Assembly (NCBI RefSeq): GCF_963921235.1 | Contig: NC_086097.1 | Coordinates: 4,774,001 to 4,838,000, forward strand | Origin: Mobula hypostoma | Lineage: Eukaryota | DNA: 64,000 nucleotides | Reading direction: 5' to 3' | Shown: positions 50,315-63,035 of the stretch, piece by piece | Position numbering within the stretch: position 1 is the stretch's first letter | How the letters are laid out: each line of letters opens with the position of its first letter | The notes under the pieces: generated by a model | What the model saw: the letters and a program-made list of their open reading frames with translations, nothing else | Told to the model about the DNA's origin: nothing | Databases searched by the model: none | Position numbers and translations under genes: made by a program

Positions 50315-51350
50315 ATTCAAGTATATTTATTATCAAAGAATGTAAAAATTATACAACTTAATATTTGCTGGCTCACAGGTAGCCACAAGCAAGAAACCTG
50401 AAAGAACCCAATCTAAAGAAAAAAAGAATAGAATATAAAAATAAAAGACCAAGACTCGGAGCACAAGAGAAAGAAAAAAGTGCAAGTCAGGCAAACAATT
50501 GAAGTGAACAACAGCATTCCGAACCAAAATTGAGTCCTCAGATCCAAACCCCAGAGCAGGCCAGATAGGCCCAATGCCTCACGTATTGGTATTCATCATA
50601 TTAGTGGGCACAGAGCACAGCAGCTGGGGCAGTGTTCATAGCCTCAGCGCCATGGAGATGACCATCGGGGAGAGCAAAGTTTGCTCTTGTCCCGACCAAC
50701 ACCCTGTCTTTTTAGTCTATCAGGGCCGGCCAGTGTTTAAATTGACCAATGATGGAACAACAAAGGCTAAGGCACCCTGGAGAGAGGAGTGAACATCGTG
50801 GAGAGCGAGCAAAATCAGCACTCACCTCCAATCTCAGCCGGCATTTAAATTGTCTAAACAGTGCATTGTAACTCACACTGTGTCTGTAAAAGGCCCCAGG
50901 CCTAGACCATGCAGTCTAGCACAGTGTGCCACACCCAGATTTTGCCACCCAGTGACTCACTCTGGGCTCAGACCACACAGCCCAATGACTCGATCTGGGC
51001 CCAGGTTTCACCACCCAGTGATTTGCTCCGGGCCTTGACCACACAGACCAACGACTTGCTTTGGGCCCAGATTTCATCGCCCAGCCCGAAGCTGCTCTCT
51101 AGCTCTTCAAATCAGCTTGGCACCCAGAGTGATCCAAACTCACTCCGGGGCAGCTGTATGGGCATCGGAACGCCATCTGAATCTAGTCATCCCCCGAACT
51201 CATCTCACCATCACTCATCCCTTCGCTGTATGTAGCAATAATTTAACACAATTTACCTCGAAAACGTATTTTTAGTGATTTTTTAGTTGGATATTTTAGC
51301 TTTTTGACTACAAGAAAGCTGTCGCACATATTCGGTAGCACCATCATAAC
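50315..51350 (-). mobile_element. Non-coding LINE-derived element with internal tandem repeats
   Basis: Minus-strand start ATGATGGTGCTAC and end GATAATAAAT...CTTGAATC; degenerate repeats at 50930-51085. Confidence 0.4.
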
Positions 51351-51371
51351 TGGATTTAGCTTAACATAAAC

Positions 51372-51502
51372 ATGTGAAAATCTGCAGATGCTGGAATGCA
51401 AAGCAAGACACACAAAATGCTGGAGGAGCTCAGCAGGTCAGGCAGCATCTATGGAAAAGAGAAAACAGTTGATGTTTCTTGCTGACCCGTCATCAGGACT
51501 CT
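51372..51502 (-). mobile_element. Penelope-like pLTR fragment
   Basis: Minus strand AGTC-CTGATGA-CGGGTCAGCAA-GAAACATC-AACTG followed by the family 3' end. Confidence 0.75.
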
Positions 51503-52007
51503 ATAGTTTAATTTTATGTCACATCAAGCACAGACATTGTTCCTGTCCTATACTGTTCTATATTTTCTTTGATCATTGGCACCTTCAGTAGGGCAGCTCT
51601 CCCACTGTACTGTGGTGTAGTGTAGTGTCTGTCCCCATCGCCTTCATGGCTGCCTTTTATGCAGCTTGGACATTGTTACCATGGAGACAGGTCCATGAAG
51701 ACCTGCCAACATTCCCTGCACACTGCTTTCAGAATTATCCTCTGCTGCTTTCTGGAAAATGGACTGCTCTCATTTTACCCTGTTGTTCTGGGTATAAATC
51801 ACCGTTTCGGAATATTGTTCAGTTTTATGATTTTATTACTCCTGACTTGAGTCAGTTCTAGCACCAAGATTCAAGATTTAAGATTTAAGATTGTTTAATG
51901 TCATTTAGAGTTCAGTGTAAAGGAGAACAAAATTATTGTTACTCTGGATCCAAAGTAGCACAAAAAACACTGTAAGATAAAGAATTTAAAAAAGCACAAT
52001 AAAAATA

Positions 52008-52413
52008 CAGTACGTACTGTGCAAAAGTCTGAGGCACTCTGTATCTTTTATATGGTTTCAGATGGAATGGCCTCCACAGAGCCCTAGTCTCAACATCACT
52101 GAGGCTGTCTGGGACGACCTGGAGAGACAGAAGCAAGTGAGACAGCCAAAGTCTGTACAAGTTCTCTAAGACGCTTGGAACACACTGTCGGCTGATTTTC
52201 TTATAAAACTGCATGAATATACCTAAGAGAATTAATGCAGTTTTAAAGGGCAAGGGTGGTCACACTAAACATTGATTTAACTTTGGTTTTTACTGTTTAC
52301 TGCTCTTTATTGTAATCTTTTCGATATTTAGTAAATTCTCATTTCACTATTTTTGAAAGCATCTTCACTTTACAGAATCCTTTTCCACGTGCCTAAGATT
52401 TTGCACAGTACTG
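52008..52413 (+). mobile_element. Tc1/mariner non-autonomous element (about 400 bp)
   Basis: TA-flanked TIRs GTACTGTGCAAAAGTCTGAGGCAC / GTGCCTAAGATTTTGCACAGTACTG; remnant WPPQSPSLNITEAVWDDLERQ. Confidence 0.85.
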
Positions 52414-52438
52414 TACAGACATAAGATAGCTTATATGC

Positions 52439-52583
52439 GTAAACACAAGAGATTCTGCAGGTGCTGGAGATCCAGAGCAACACACACAAAATGTTGGAGG
52501 AATTCAGCAGGTCGGGCAGCAACTATGGAAGTGAATAAACAGTCGATGTTTCAGAATGAGATCCTTTAGGACTCAAAATATTG
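52439..52583 (-). mobile_element. Penelope-like pLTR insertion
   Basis: 11-bp TSD AGCTTATATGC (52428-52438, 52584-52594). Confidence 0.8.
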
Positions 52584-52974
52584 AGCTTATATGCTGCACA
52601 TAGATTAATTGTATGTCTGTAAAGTGACACTCGGCACATTAGTATCTTTCCACAAGGTGACTCTGACAGGAAATGGTGAAGGGGAGGCAGTTGGGGATGT
52701 GGAAAGGTAGGTTATTCAGTGGAGGTGTCGATCAGCCTCACTGCTTGGGGAAAGTAACTGTTTTTGAGTCTGGTGGTCCTGATATCGACGCTACGTCACC
52801 TCCTCCCTGGTGGGAGTGGGCACAAGCAGTCCATGAGCTGAGAGGGTGGGTGGGATGCTTCATGATGGTACTGTCCCTTTTCCGGCACCTTTCTATATAT
52901 ACAGTATGTTCTTGAAGGATTAATGATGCTTTAATACAGCAATGATAGATAAAGCCCAGTTCCTAGTCTTAACT

Positions 52975-54578
52975 TGTTGCATATTTAATATTTCAGTAAT
53001 ATTCAAGTAATACTGGAAATATCGCCTGGTAGCACTCACATTACAGCCATGAAATGCTTTGAGAGGTTGGTCATGACTAGTCCTCAGCAAGGACCTGGAC
53101 CCATTGCAATTTGCCTGTCGCCACATTAGGTCAATGGCAGATGCAATCTCAATGGCTCTCCATGTGGATTTAGACCACCTGGACAACACCTATGTGAGGA
53201 TGCTGTTCATCGACTGTAACTCAGCATTTAATACAATCATTCCCACAATCCTGATTGAGAAGTTTCAGAACCTGGGCCTCTGTACCTCCTTCTGCAATTG
53301 GATCCTTGACTTCCTACCCGGAAGTGGATTGGTGATAACATCTCCTCCTCGCTGACAATCAACACTGGTGCACCTCAGGGGTCTGTGCTTAGCCCACTGC
53401 TGTACTCTCTCTATACCCATGACTGTGTGGCTAGACTTAGCTCAAAAACCATCTATAAATTTGCTGATGATACAACCATTGTTGGTAGAATCTCAGGTTG
53501 TGACGAAAGGGCGTACAGGAGTGAGATATGCCAACTAGTGGAGTGGTGTCACAGCAACAACCTGGCACTCAACATCAGTAAGACGAAAGAGCTGATTGTG
53601 GACTTCAGGAAGGGTAAGACGAAGGGACACATACCAATCCTCACAGAGGGATCAGAAATGGAGAGAGTGAGCAGTTTCAAGTTCCTGGATGTCAAGATCT
53701 CTGAGGATCTAACCTGGTCTCAACATATTGATGCAGTTATAAAGAAGGCAAGACAGGGGCTAGACTTTATTAGGAGTTTGAAGAGATTTAGTATGTCAAC
53801 AAATACACTCAAAAACTTCTATAGATGTACTGTGGAGAGCATTCTGACAGGCTGCATCACTGTCTGGTATGGAGGGGCTACTACACAGGACCGAAAGAAG
53901 CTGCAGAGGGTTGTAAATCTAGTCAGCTCCATCTCAGGTACTAGCCTACAAAGTACCCAGGACATCTTCAAGGAGTGGTGTCTCAGAAAGGCAGCATGCA
54001 ATATTAAGGACCTCCAGCACCCAGGGCATGGCCTTTTCTCACTGTTACCAACAGGAAGGAGATACAGAAACCTGAAGGCACACACTCAGTGATTCAGGAA
54101 CGGCTTCTTCCCCTCTGCCATCCAATTCCTAAATGAACATTAAACCCTTGGACTCTACCTCACTTTTCTTTTAATATATAATATTTCTGTTTATTGCACG
54201 ATTTTTAATCTATTCAATACATGTGTACTGTATAAAGTATACTGAATAAGATTTACTTATTTATTATTATTATGATTTTTATTTTATCTTTTTCTTCTAG
54301 ATTATGTATTGCATTGAACCACTGCTGCTAAGTTAACAAACTTCATGTCACGTGCCGGTGATAATAAACCTGATTCGATTCCGAATATATTGTTCGATTC
54401 AGCATTCTTTGTTGGTTACGTAATTCATTATGGATTAGTGTATGAAGTATGTGAATGCAATATGTCATCATGCCTCTGTGTTTCACGAAAGGTAAAACTG
54501 AGAATGTGCATGAGATAGTCCCAGCTCCATGTTTTTCCTTTCAATTGATTTTGTGCTTTGGAGTTACAAAGTACAACA
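52975..54578 (+). mobile_element. Solo LTR of the 26328-29368 Gypsy family split by Rex1
   Basis: TGTTG...CAACA; halves match the reverse complement of 26328-26572 and 29320-29368; TSD not clean. Confidence 0.65.
53022..54384 (+). mobile_element. Rex1/Babar-like LINE RT region and 3'UTR
   Basis: ORFs 53104-53355 and 53385-54092 (YKFADDTT); GATTC tail. Confidence 0.92.
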
Positions 54579-54907
54579 TATTCTCATCCAGTATTAATTC
54601 TGTTGATGCTGACATCACATCGAGCTAAGCCTGACCTCATTGTACTCCAGCCTTTCAGTTGTGCGATAGCTGTGACTTGCAATGATCCAGCTGTTTGACA
54701 TCCCATTGGTTCTGCCCTTCAGGGCACGTAAAAAGTTAATCAACAGCTAAGGCTTGAATATTAGCATTTTCAATTATTTTTGAAGAATGTCTTATTGGTT
54801 CTCAGGCAATGAAATACTGCAAAGATGTTTGTTACTCTTCTCTTACTCTATCTGCAGTAAGACTAAATGTTAAAGTGATGGTAATTGGATTTGATGTTGG
54901 GTCTGTT

Positions 54908-57310
54908 GGGACACCATGGCAGTGTAGCAGCTAGTGCAACATTATTACAGCTTGGGGTGTCGGAGTTTGGCGTACAACTCCATCATCCTTATGGGAATCA
55001 TATATAGCCCTCCAAATAGTAGCCAAGATGTGGGGCTGACTTTGCAAAGGGTGCAGGAAAGGGCATGTAATAAGGATAATGACACAATTGTAATGGAGTC
55101 GGAGAATCAGGTTGGTGTCCGATTACAAGAGGGGGAATTTGTTGAATGCCTATGAGATGGCTTTTTAGAGCAGCTTGTGTTTGAACCTACTCGGGAAAAG
55201 GCTATCTTAGATTGGGTGTTGTGTAATAACCCTGATCTTACTAGTGAGCTTAACATAAAAGAACCCTTAGGAAGCAGTGATCATGATATCATTGAATTCA
55301 TATTGCAGTTTGAGAGGGAGAAGCATAATCACATGTATCAGTGTCACAATGGAATAAAGGGAATTACAGAGGCGTGACAGAGGAGCTTGCCCAGGTAGAT
55401 TGGAGGAGGACACTGGCAGAGGTGACAGCAGAGGTGGCTGAAGTTTCTGGGAATAGTTCATAAGGCGCAGGGTAGATATGTCCCACAGATGAAGTACTTC
55501 TCAAGTGGCGGGGTAGGCAACCGTGGCTGACAAAGGAAGTTAAGGACTGCATAAAAACCAAGGAAAGGGCATATAAGGTAACAAAATTGAGTGGGAAGTT
55601 CAATGATTGGGAAGCTTTTAAAATCCAACAAAAGCAACTAAAAAAGCTATAAGAAGGGAAAAGATGAAATATGAGGGCAGACTAGACAATAATATAAAGC
55701 AGAATAATAAAAGTTTTTTCAGTGATATAAAGAGTAAAAGGGGGATGAGAGTTGATATTGGACCACTGGAAAATGATGCTGGTGAGGTAGGAATAGGGGA
55801 CAAAGAAATGGCAGATGAACTTAATGGGTACTTTGCATCAGTCTTCACCATGGAAGACACTAGCAGTGTGCCAGAGGTCTGTGACTGTCAGGGAGCAGTG
55901 AGTGCCATTGCTGTTACTAAGAAAAAAGTGTGAGGCTAACTCAAAGGTCTCAAGGTGGATAAGTTACCTGGAACAGATGGAAACATCCCAGAGTCCCGAG
56001 AGAGGTTGCTGAAGAGATAACGGATGCATTGGTCATGATCTTTCAAGAATTACTTGATCCTGGCATGCTTCCAGAGGACTGGAAGATTGCAAGTGCCATT
56101 CCACTCTTTAAGAAGGGAGGAAGGCAAAGTAAAGGAAATTATAGGCCAGTTGGCCTAACCTCAGTGGTTGGGAAAGCGTTGGAGTCTATTATTAAGGACC
56201 AGGTTTCAGGGTACTTGGAGACTAATGATAAAATAAGTCAGGGAGTAGTGAATCTGTGGAATGCTCCGTCACAGACTGTGGTGGAGGCCAAGGCAGTGGG
56301 TAAATTTAAGGCAGAAGTTGATAGTTTCCTGATCAGTTAAGGCATCAAAGGATGTGAGGAGAAGGCAGGTGTATGGGAAATACCTCTATTTCCATCTTTG
56401 ATATCTCTTTTTCCCCTTTTCAAGGTTCTTTTGCAGACCCTGACCTGGAGATACACTTCAACTTTGGTTCTTTATGGGAATGGGACCTGCTCTCAGGGCC
56501 TCACAACCGGCTGCTTTTTGATATTGCAAGGACGCGGCCTGGAAGACTAGCGTGCATTCAGGGTATCGAACTTTCGTGGCTCTGGAGGGGGGCTGATTCA
56601 AGGCTGGTACCCCTGAATGAGGTGTCGCAGGAGAACACGGAGCATCGGGAGATGTGTGTCCAGAGCCGATTTTTATCATCATAAATCAACGAGCTGTTTG
56701 TTATGTCTCCCCTCTTGCTGTGAAATGGAGACATCTCTTTTTCCCTTGTTAGGGAGAGAGAGAGCCTGTGGTATGTTGAATTACTGGGTGAATGAGTAGT
56801 CTTTGGGGTACTGCAAGACTGTGTCTTTATTGATGCTTTGCTGCATGCTTGAGTTCTCGATGGGGAGGTACAGATGGTGGGGGGGGTCATTGCTTTGCTG
56901 CTGCTTATGCATGGTGGGGAGAGCTGGGGAGTCTTTGGGGTTCTAACATTTAACTGTCATTCATTCTTTGGGGCACTCCTCTGTTTTCGTGGATGTTTGT
57001 GAAGAAAAAGAATTTCAAGATGTATATTGTATATACTTCTCTGACATTAAGTGTACCTATTGAACCCGATGGGCTGAATGGCCTAATTTTGCTCCTTTGT
57101 GTTACGGTCTTGTCCTCTGTGAGATATTTTGTACATTCTTCCTGTGACCACATGGGTTTCCTCCCATACTCCAAAGACATACTGGTTAGTAGGTTAATTG
57201 GTCGTTGTAAATTGTCCTGCAATTAGCCTCGTGTTACATTGAGGGTTGCTGTGCCTCTTGGCTCAAAGGTCCAGAGGGTATTGCGCTGTGTCTCTGAATG
57301 AAATAAATCA
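54908..57310 (+). mobile_element. V-SINE-like element split by CR1 (head about 54908-54987; V-domain and tail about 57113-57310)
   Basis: The two halves align to the SINE at 44393-45672. Confidence 0.6.
54988..57112 (+). mobile_element. CR1 with a large RT deletion and a non-coding element nested at about 56374-57066
   Basis: IIYSPPNS, SDHD, GNYRPVGLTS, then a jump to VVNLWN; CR1 tail resumes at about 57067. Confidence 0.85.
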
Positions 57311-57605
57311 ATGTCCCAAGCTCTTTAATTTGCAACTTTAACTCCTTGGCACTAATAGAAGTAAGGTCTTCAGTGATATACATCTTACAACGTCAAGCCT
57401 TAAAGTTTATTAACTGGCAAGCTAAGGTGACTGATTGATATTGAAACATTCAAGCTTCTCTTGAGGAGATAGTGAAGTAAAAAAAACTGATTAATATAAT
57501 GTCACCCAAACGTACCAAAAGAACTAATTCCGGAAATATTTATTATTTATCTATGTTAAAATTGATTATTTCACTCTTCAATGGCCTCTCTTCCTCCATA
57601 TTAAT

Positions 57606-58296
57606 AAAGAGGAGGAGGAGAAGATGGCGGCGCGACGCAGCGCGCAGTGGTCACTCCGGTGATGAATACCTGTTATCTGTCAAGTAGGGTGCTGTGCACA
57701 ATCCTGATTTGATGGAAACAGATGTGAAAGCATGGAGGAACGTCTGGAGAAACTTCTGAAATGTCTGTTTCACTGCTGCTGCTACTGTGTGATGCAGAAT
57801 CTCCGGAGGAGAAGGCCCTGAGTCCTCGACTTTGCTTGTTGCTCGGTGGCCCGGGTGGGGTCAAAGCGCTCGGCAGAGGATGGTGCTCGGGAGGCTGTAT
57901 TGGAGGGGTTGGTCCGACGCTCAAGGTTTTCGGACGGACTCAAAGTCGGCTGTGGTCTGGTGCTTCCAATGCATCGGCAGTTGTTGGCGCCTGGAGGTTT
58001 ATGGCAGGGAGAGTTTCTCCCTTCTGCTGCCTGCTGTCGGGACTATCAGGAGTCAATCGGAACTTTGAGACTTTTTTTTACTGTGCCCATGGTCTGCTCT
58101 CTATCAAATTACGGTACTGCTTTGCACTGCTGTAACTATATGTTATAATTATGTGGTCTTGTCAGTGTTAGCCCTTGGTTTGTCCTTTTTTTTTGTGATA
58201 TCACTCTGGAGGAACATTGTATCATTTCTTAATGCATACATGCATTTCTAAATGACAATAAACGCGGACTGAGTGTCCTCATAATCTAATCTAATC
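57606..58296 (+). mobile_element. Non-autonomous LINE-derived element (about 690 bp)
   Basis: CpG-rich head with AAGATGGCGGCG; AATAAA and (AATCT)n tail; TSD TATTAAT (57599-57605, 58297-58303). Confidence 0.7.
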
Positions 58297-58409
58297 TATT
58301 AATCTTGAGACTGCGAAGTACAGCAGGGTCAAATTGTATAATTAATCCATTGAATAACGCTTTATTCTGCTGCTTCTGGAGGAAATTCCCTGTCAAGGAA
58401 TGATGCTCC

Positions 58410-58878
58410 CAATGCTTGATCTCATGGATTTCAATGAAGATAGCGTAGAAAGAGCGACTGTCCTGCTATTATCTGCCTTATACTGTTGGGCAGTACAACT
58501 CTCTCAGCCTCAGAAGTCTAGGTCCAGTTGTACGAGTAGTCACAAACTGGGGTTTTCCTTGGTTACAGCAGATGACCATCACGTTTTCTGTGCCTTGTCT
58601 TGCTTGCTCTCCACAAAATGTTGCAGAGCTGCCTTGCTGGTTGCTGGATCTTATCCGCCCAGTCCACTGGAGCTGACTTCACAGGCTAGGACAGGCATGT
58701 CCCTATCTCACCGAGGTATGTAGCCCACCAGCGACCCTCACCTCGTTTCGCCCACCTGTGGAAGCGCCGTACCAGGGTGTGGCACTGTTGCCAGCACACA
58801 GTCTTGGAGCCACAGGTGAGGGCTGTGTGTCTGCTGGGGCCCAACGGTGAGTGAACTGCCCCAGAATGGACACAACAT
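58410..58878 (-). mobile_element. RTE-like non-autonomous element with a candidate HDV-like 5' ribozyme
   Basis: Nested pairing pattern at 58735-58876 (see findings). Confidence 0.5.
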
Positions 58879-58880
58879 GC

Positions 58881-60540
58881 AAAATCAGAATCAGGTTTAT
58901 TATCACCGGCATGTGTCATGAAATTTGTTAATGCAATACATAATATAGAAGAAAAATAATAATAAATAAATAACTACATCAATTTGAGTATATGTATGTT
59001 GAATAGATTAAATATCATGCAAAAAAACAGAAATAATATACTTTATACTTATACTTTATACTTTATTGTCGCCGAACAATTGGTACTAGAATGTACAATC
59101 ATCACAGCGATATTTGATTCTGCGCTTCACACTCCCTGGATTACAAATATTAAGTATTAAAGATATTAAAAATAGTTAAAATTAGTAAATATTAAAAAAT
59201 ATATATTAAAAAGTGAGGTAGTATTCAAGCATTCAATGCCCATTTTGGAATCGGATGGCAGAGGGGAAGAAGCTGTTCCTGAATCACTGAGTGTGTGCCT
59301 TCGGGCTTCTGTACCTCCTACCTGATGGTAACAGTGTGAAAAGCGCATGCCATAAGAACATAAAATATTGGAGCAGAAGTAGGCCATTCGGCCTGTCGCA
59401 TCTGCTCCACCATTCAATCATGGGCTGATCCAATTCTTCCAGTCACCCCAACTCCCCCACCTTCTCCCCATACCCTTTGACGCTCTGGCTAATCAAGAAC
59501 CTATCTATCTCTGCCTTAATGACTTGGCCTCCACAGCCACTCGTGGCAACACATTCCACAGATTTACCACCCTGAAGCTAAAGTAATTTCTCCGCATCTC
59601 AGTTCTAAGTGGACGACCTTCAATTCTGAAGTCGTGCCTTCTTGTTCTAGACTCCCCTACTATGGGAAATAACTTTTCCGTATCTAATCTGTTCAGGCCT
59701 TTTAACATTCGGAATGTTTTTATCAGATTCCCCCCTCATTCTCCTGAACTCCAGGGAATACAGCCCAAGAGCTGCCAGATATTCCTCATACGGTGACCCT
59801 TGCAGATGCCTTTGATATACATCGTAAAAAGCAGTGGCCCCAACACCAACATCTGTGGAACTCCACTGGTAACTGGCAGCCAGTCAGAAAAGGATCCCTT
59901 TATTTGCACTCACTGCTTTCTGCTGATCAATCAATGCTCCACCCATGCTAGTAACCTCCCTGTAATTCCATGGGCTCTTTTCTTGCTAAGCAGCCTTCTG
60001 TGCAGCACCTCATCAAAGGCCTTCTGAAAATCCAAGTAGACCACATCCACTACATCTCCTTTGTCTACCCTGCTTGTAATTTCCTCAAAAAATTGAAGTA
60101 GGTTGGTCTGGCAGGATTTTCCTTTCAGGAAACCATGCTGGCTTTGGCCTAAGTGCTGGATGTCCTTAATAATGGATGCTGTCTTTCTGAGACACCGCTC
60201 CTTGAAGATATCCTGGGTACTTTGTAGGCTAGTACCCAAGATGGAGCTGACAAAATTTACAACCCTCTGCAGCTTCTTTCGGTCCTGTGCAGTAGCCCCT
60301 CCATACCAGACAGTGATGCAGCCTGTCAGAATACTCTCCATGGTACAACTAAAGAAGTTTTTGAGTGTATTTGTTGACATGCCAAATCTCTTCAAACTCC
60401 TAATGAAGTATAGCCGCTATCTTGCCTTCTTTATAACTGCATCGCTATGTTGGGACTTGGTTGGGTCCTCAGAGATCTTGACACCCAGGAGCTTGAAACT
60501 GCTCACTTATGATTCCTCCATGAGGATTGGTATGTATGCC
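58881..60540 (-). mobile_element. Rex1/Babar-like LINE with nested CR1 (59351-60148, minus) and a short 3'-tail insert (about 59039-59197)
   Basis: ORF 59931-60395 switches from Rex1 text (KDIQHL) to CR1 text (GQSQHGFLKGKSC). Confidence 0.85.
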
Positions 60541-60769
60541 CCCTCACCAGAGGTGCTTCCCCTCCCTGGACACTCTGTACATCCCCTGAGGGTAAAATCA
60601 CTCTTTACATTTCTGCTGACCTGGGTTATTGTGTGATTTAATTGTAACGAGGAGAGATGCAAAAATCAACTTGTATTGCCATTAATAATTCGATGGGCCG
60701 GATGGCCTCCCATGTCATAACAATTCTGAGATTTCTCTGATTTTATGATTAAATATGTCAATATATTGT

Positions 60770-62975
60770 TGATTTATGTGGCTAATGTGGATTGGGGGCA
60801 TCGGTTATTTGATAGGACAGTTGAGGAACAGTAGAATACTTTCAAAGAGATTTTTCACAGTGCTCAACAGAAGTATATATAATCATATAACAATTACAGC
60901 ATGGAAACAGGATTCCAGTCAAAAGTAAGGACAAGTGTGGGGAGAGCCAGCCTTGGATGACTAAGGAAATAAAAAATAGTATCAAATTAAAGGCTCATTT
61001 GTACAAAGTTGCAAAGAGTGGTGGGAGACTGGAGGATTGGGGAAACTTTAAAAAGCAACAAAGAACAACTAAACAAGAAATAAGGAAAGGGAAGATAGAG
61101 TATGAAAGTAAATTAGCACAAAATATAAAAACAGATAGCAAAAGTTTTTATAAATATATAAAGCGGAAGAGGGTGGCTAAAGTCAACGTAAGTCCCTTGG
61201 AAGACGAGAAGGAGAAATTGATATTGGATGATATGGAAATGGCTGGGGCATTGAACGACTATTTTGTGTCGGTCTTCACGGAGGAGGACACGTCTAATAT
61301 GGCAAAGAATTATGTTATGGATGAAATGGGAGGTGAGGACCTAGATAAAATCACTGTCACTAAAGAGATAGTGATGAGCAAACTAGATGGCTTGAAGGTA
61401 GATAAGTCCCCTGGTCCTGATGGGATGCACCCCAAGGTGCTGAGGGAATTGGCGGAGGTTATAGTACATGCATTGGTAATCGTTTACCAAAACTCTCTAG
61501 ACTCTGGGCAAGTCCCGGCGGATTGGAAGACAGAAAATGTCACACCACTTTTTAAAAAATGATGTAGGCAAGATGGGCAACTATAGGCCAGTTAACTTAA
61601 CATTTGTAATTTGGAAAATGCTTGAAGCTGTCATTAAGGAAGAAATAGCGAAACATTTAGAAAGGAGTGGTTCCATTAGCATGGATTCAGAAAGGGTAGG
61701 TCCCGTTTGGCAAACTTACTGGAGTTCTTTGAGGACATAATGAGTGCAGTGGATAGAGGGGAACAGGTGGACGTCATATACTTGGATTTCCGGAAGGCGT
61801 TTGATAAGGTGCTGCACAAGAGACTTATAAATAAGATACGGATGCATGGAGTCAGAGGAAGTGTATTGGCATGGATAGTGGATTGGTTAACCAACAGAAG
61901 GCAGAGAGTTGGTATAAATGGGTGTTTCTCCGGTTGGCAGTCAGTGGTGAGTGGGGTGCTGCAGGGGTCGGTGCTGGGCCTGCAACTGTTTACCATTTAC
62001 ACTGATGATTTGGAAGAGGGGACTGAGTGTAGCGTAGCAAAATTTGCTGATGACATTAAACTGAGTGGAAAAGCAAATCGTGCAGAGGATGTGGAGAGTC
62101 TGCAGAGGGATATAGATAGGTTAAGTGAATGGGCCAAGGTCTGGCAGATGGAATACAACGCTGGTAAATGTGAGATCATTCACTTTGGAAAGAATAATAG
62201 AAGAGCAGATTATTATTTAAATGGTGAAAGATTGCAGCATGCTGTTGTGCAGAGGGACTTGAGAGTGCTTGTCCATGAATCGCAAAAAGTTGGTTTGCAG
62301 GTACAACAGGTTATTAAGAAGGCAAATGGAATGTTGGCCTGTAATGCTAGAGGGATTGAATTCAAGAGCAGGGAGGTCATGCTGCAACTATACAGGGTAC
62401 TGGTGAGGCCGCACCTGGAGTACTGTATACAGTTCTGGTCTCCGTACTTGAGAAAAGATATACTGGCTTTGGAGGAAGTGCAGAGGAGGTTCACCAGGTT
62501 GATTCCAGAGATGAAGGGGTTAACCTATGAGGAAAGATTGAGTTCTCTGGGACTATACTCTCTGGAATTCAGAAGAATGAGAGGAGATCTTATAGAAACA
62601 TACAAGATTTTGAAAGGGATAGATAAAGATAGAAGTAGAAAAGTTGTTTCCATTGGTAGGTGGGACTAGAACTAGGGGACATTGCCTCAAGATTCAGGGG
62701 AGAAGATTTAGGACGGAGATGAGGAGAAACTGTTTTGCCCAGAGAGTGGTGAATCTGTGGAATTCTCTGCCCAGGGAAGCAGTTGAGGCTTCTTCATTAA
62801 ATATATTTAAGATACAGTTAGATAGATTTTTACATAGTAAGGCAATTAAGGGTTATGGGGAAAAGGCAGGCAGATGGAGCTGAGTTTACGGACAGATCAG
62901 CCATGATCTTATTGAATGGTGGGGCAGGCTTGATGGGCCAGATGGCCTACTCCTGCTCCTATTTCTTATGTTCTT
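60770..62975 (+). mobile_element. CR1 LINE, 5'-truncated
   Basis: ORFs 60957-61562, 61707-62669 (FADD) and 62644-62883; tail TTCTTATGTTCTTAT. Confidence 0.93.
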
Positions 62976-63035
62976 ATTTAAAAATGACAAAACAAGCTTA
63001 TACATAGAACATTGCAAATCAAACTAGAGCTGGCA

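Noticed and set aside
50930..51085. CRISPR-like array
   Set aside because: Degenerate contiguous units without unique spacers; eukaryotic context and no cas genes
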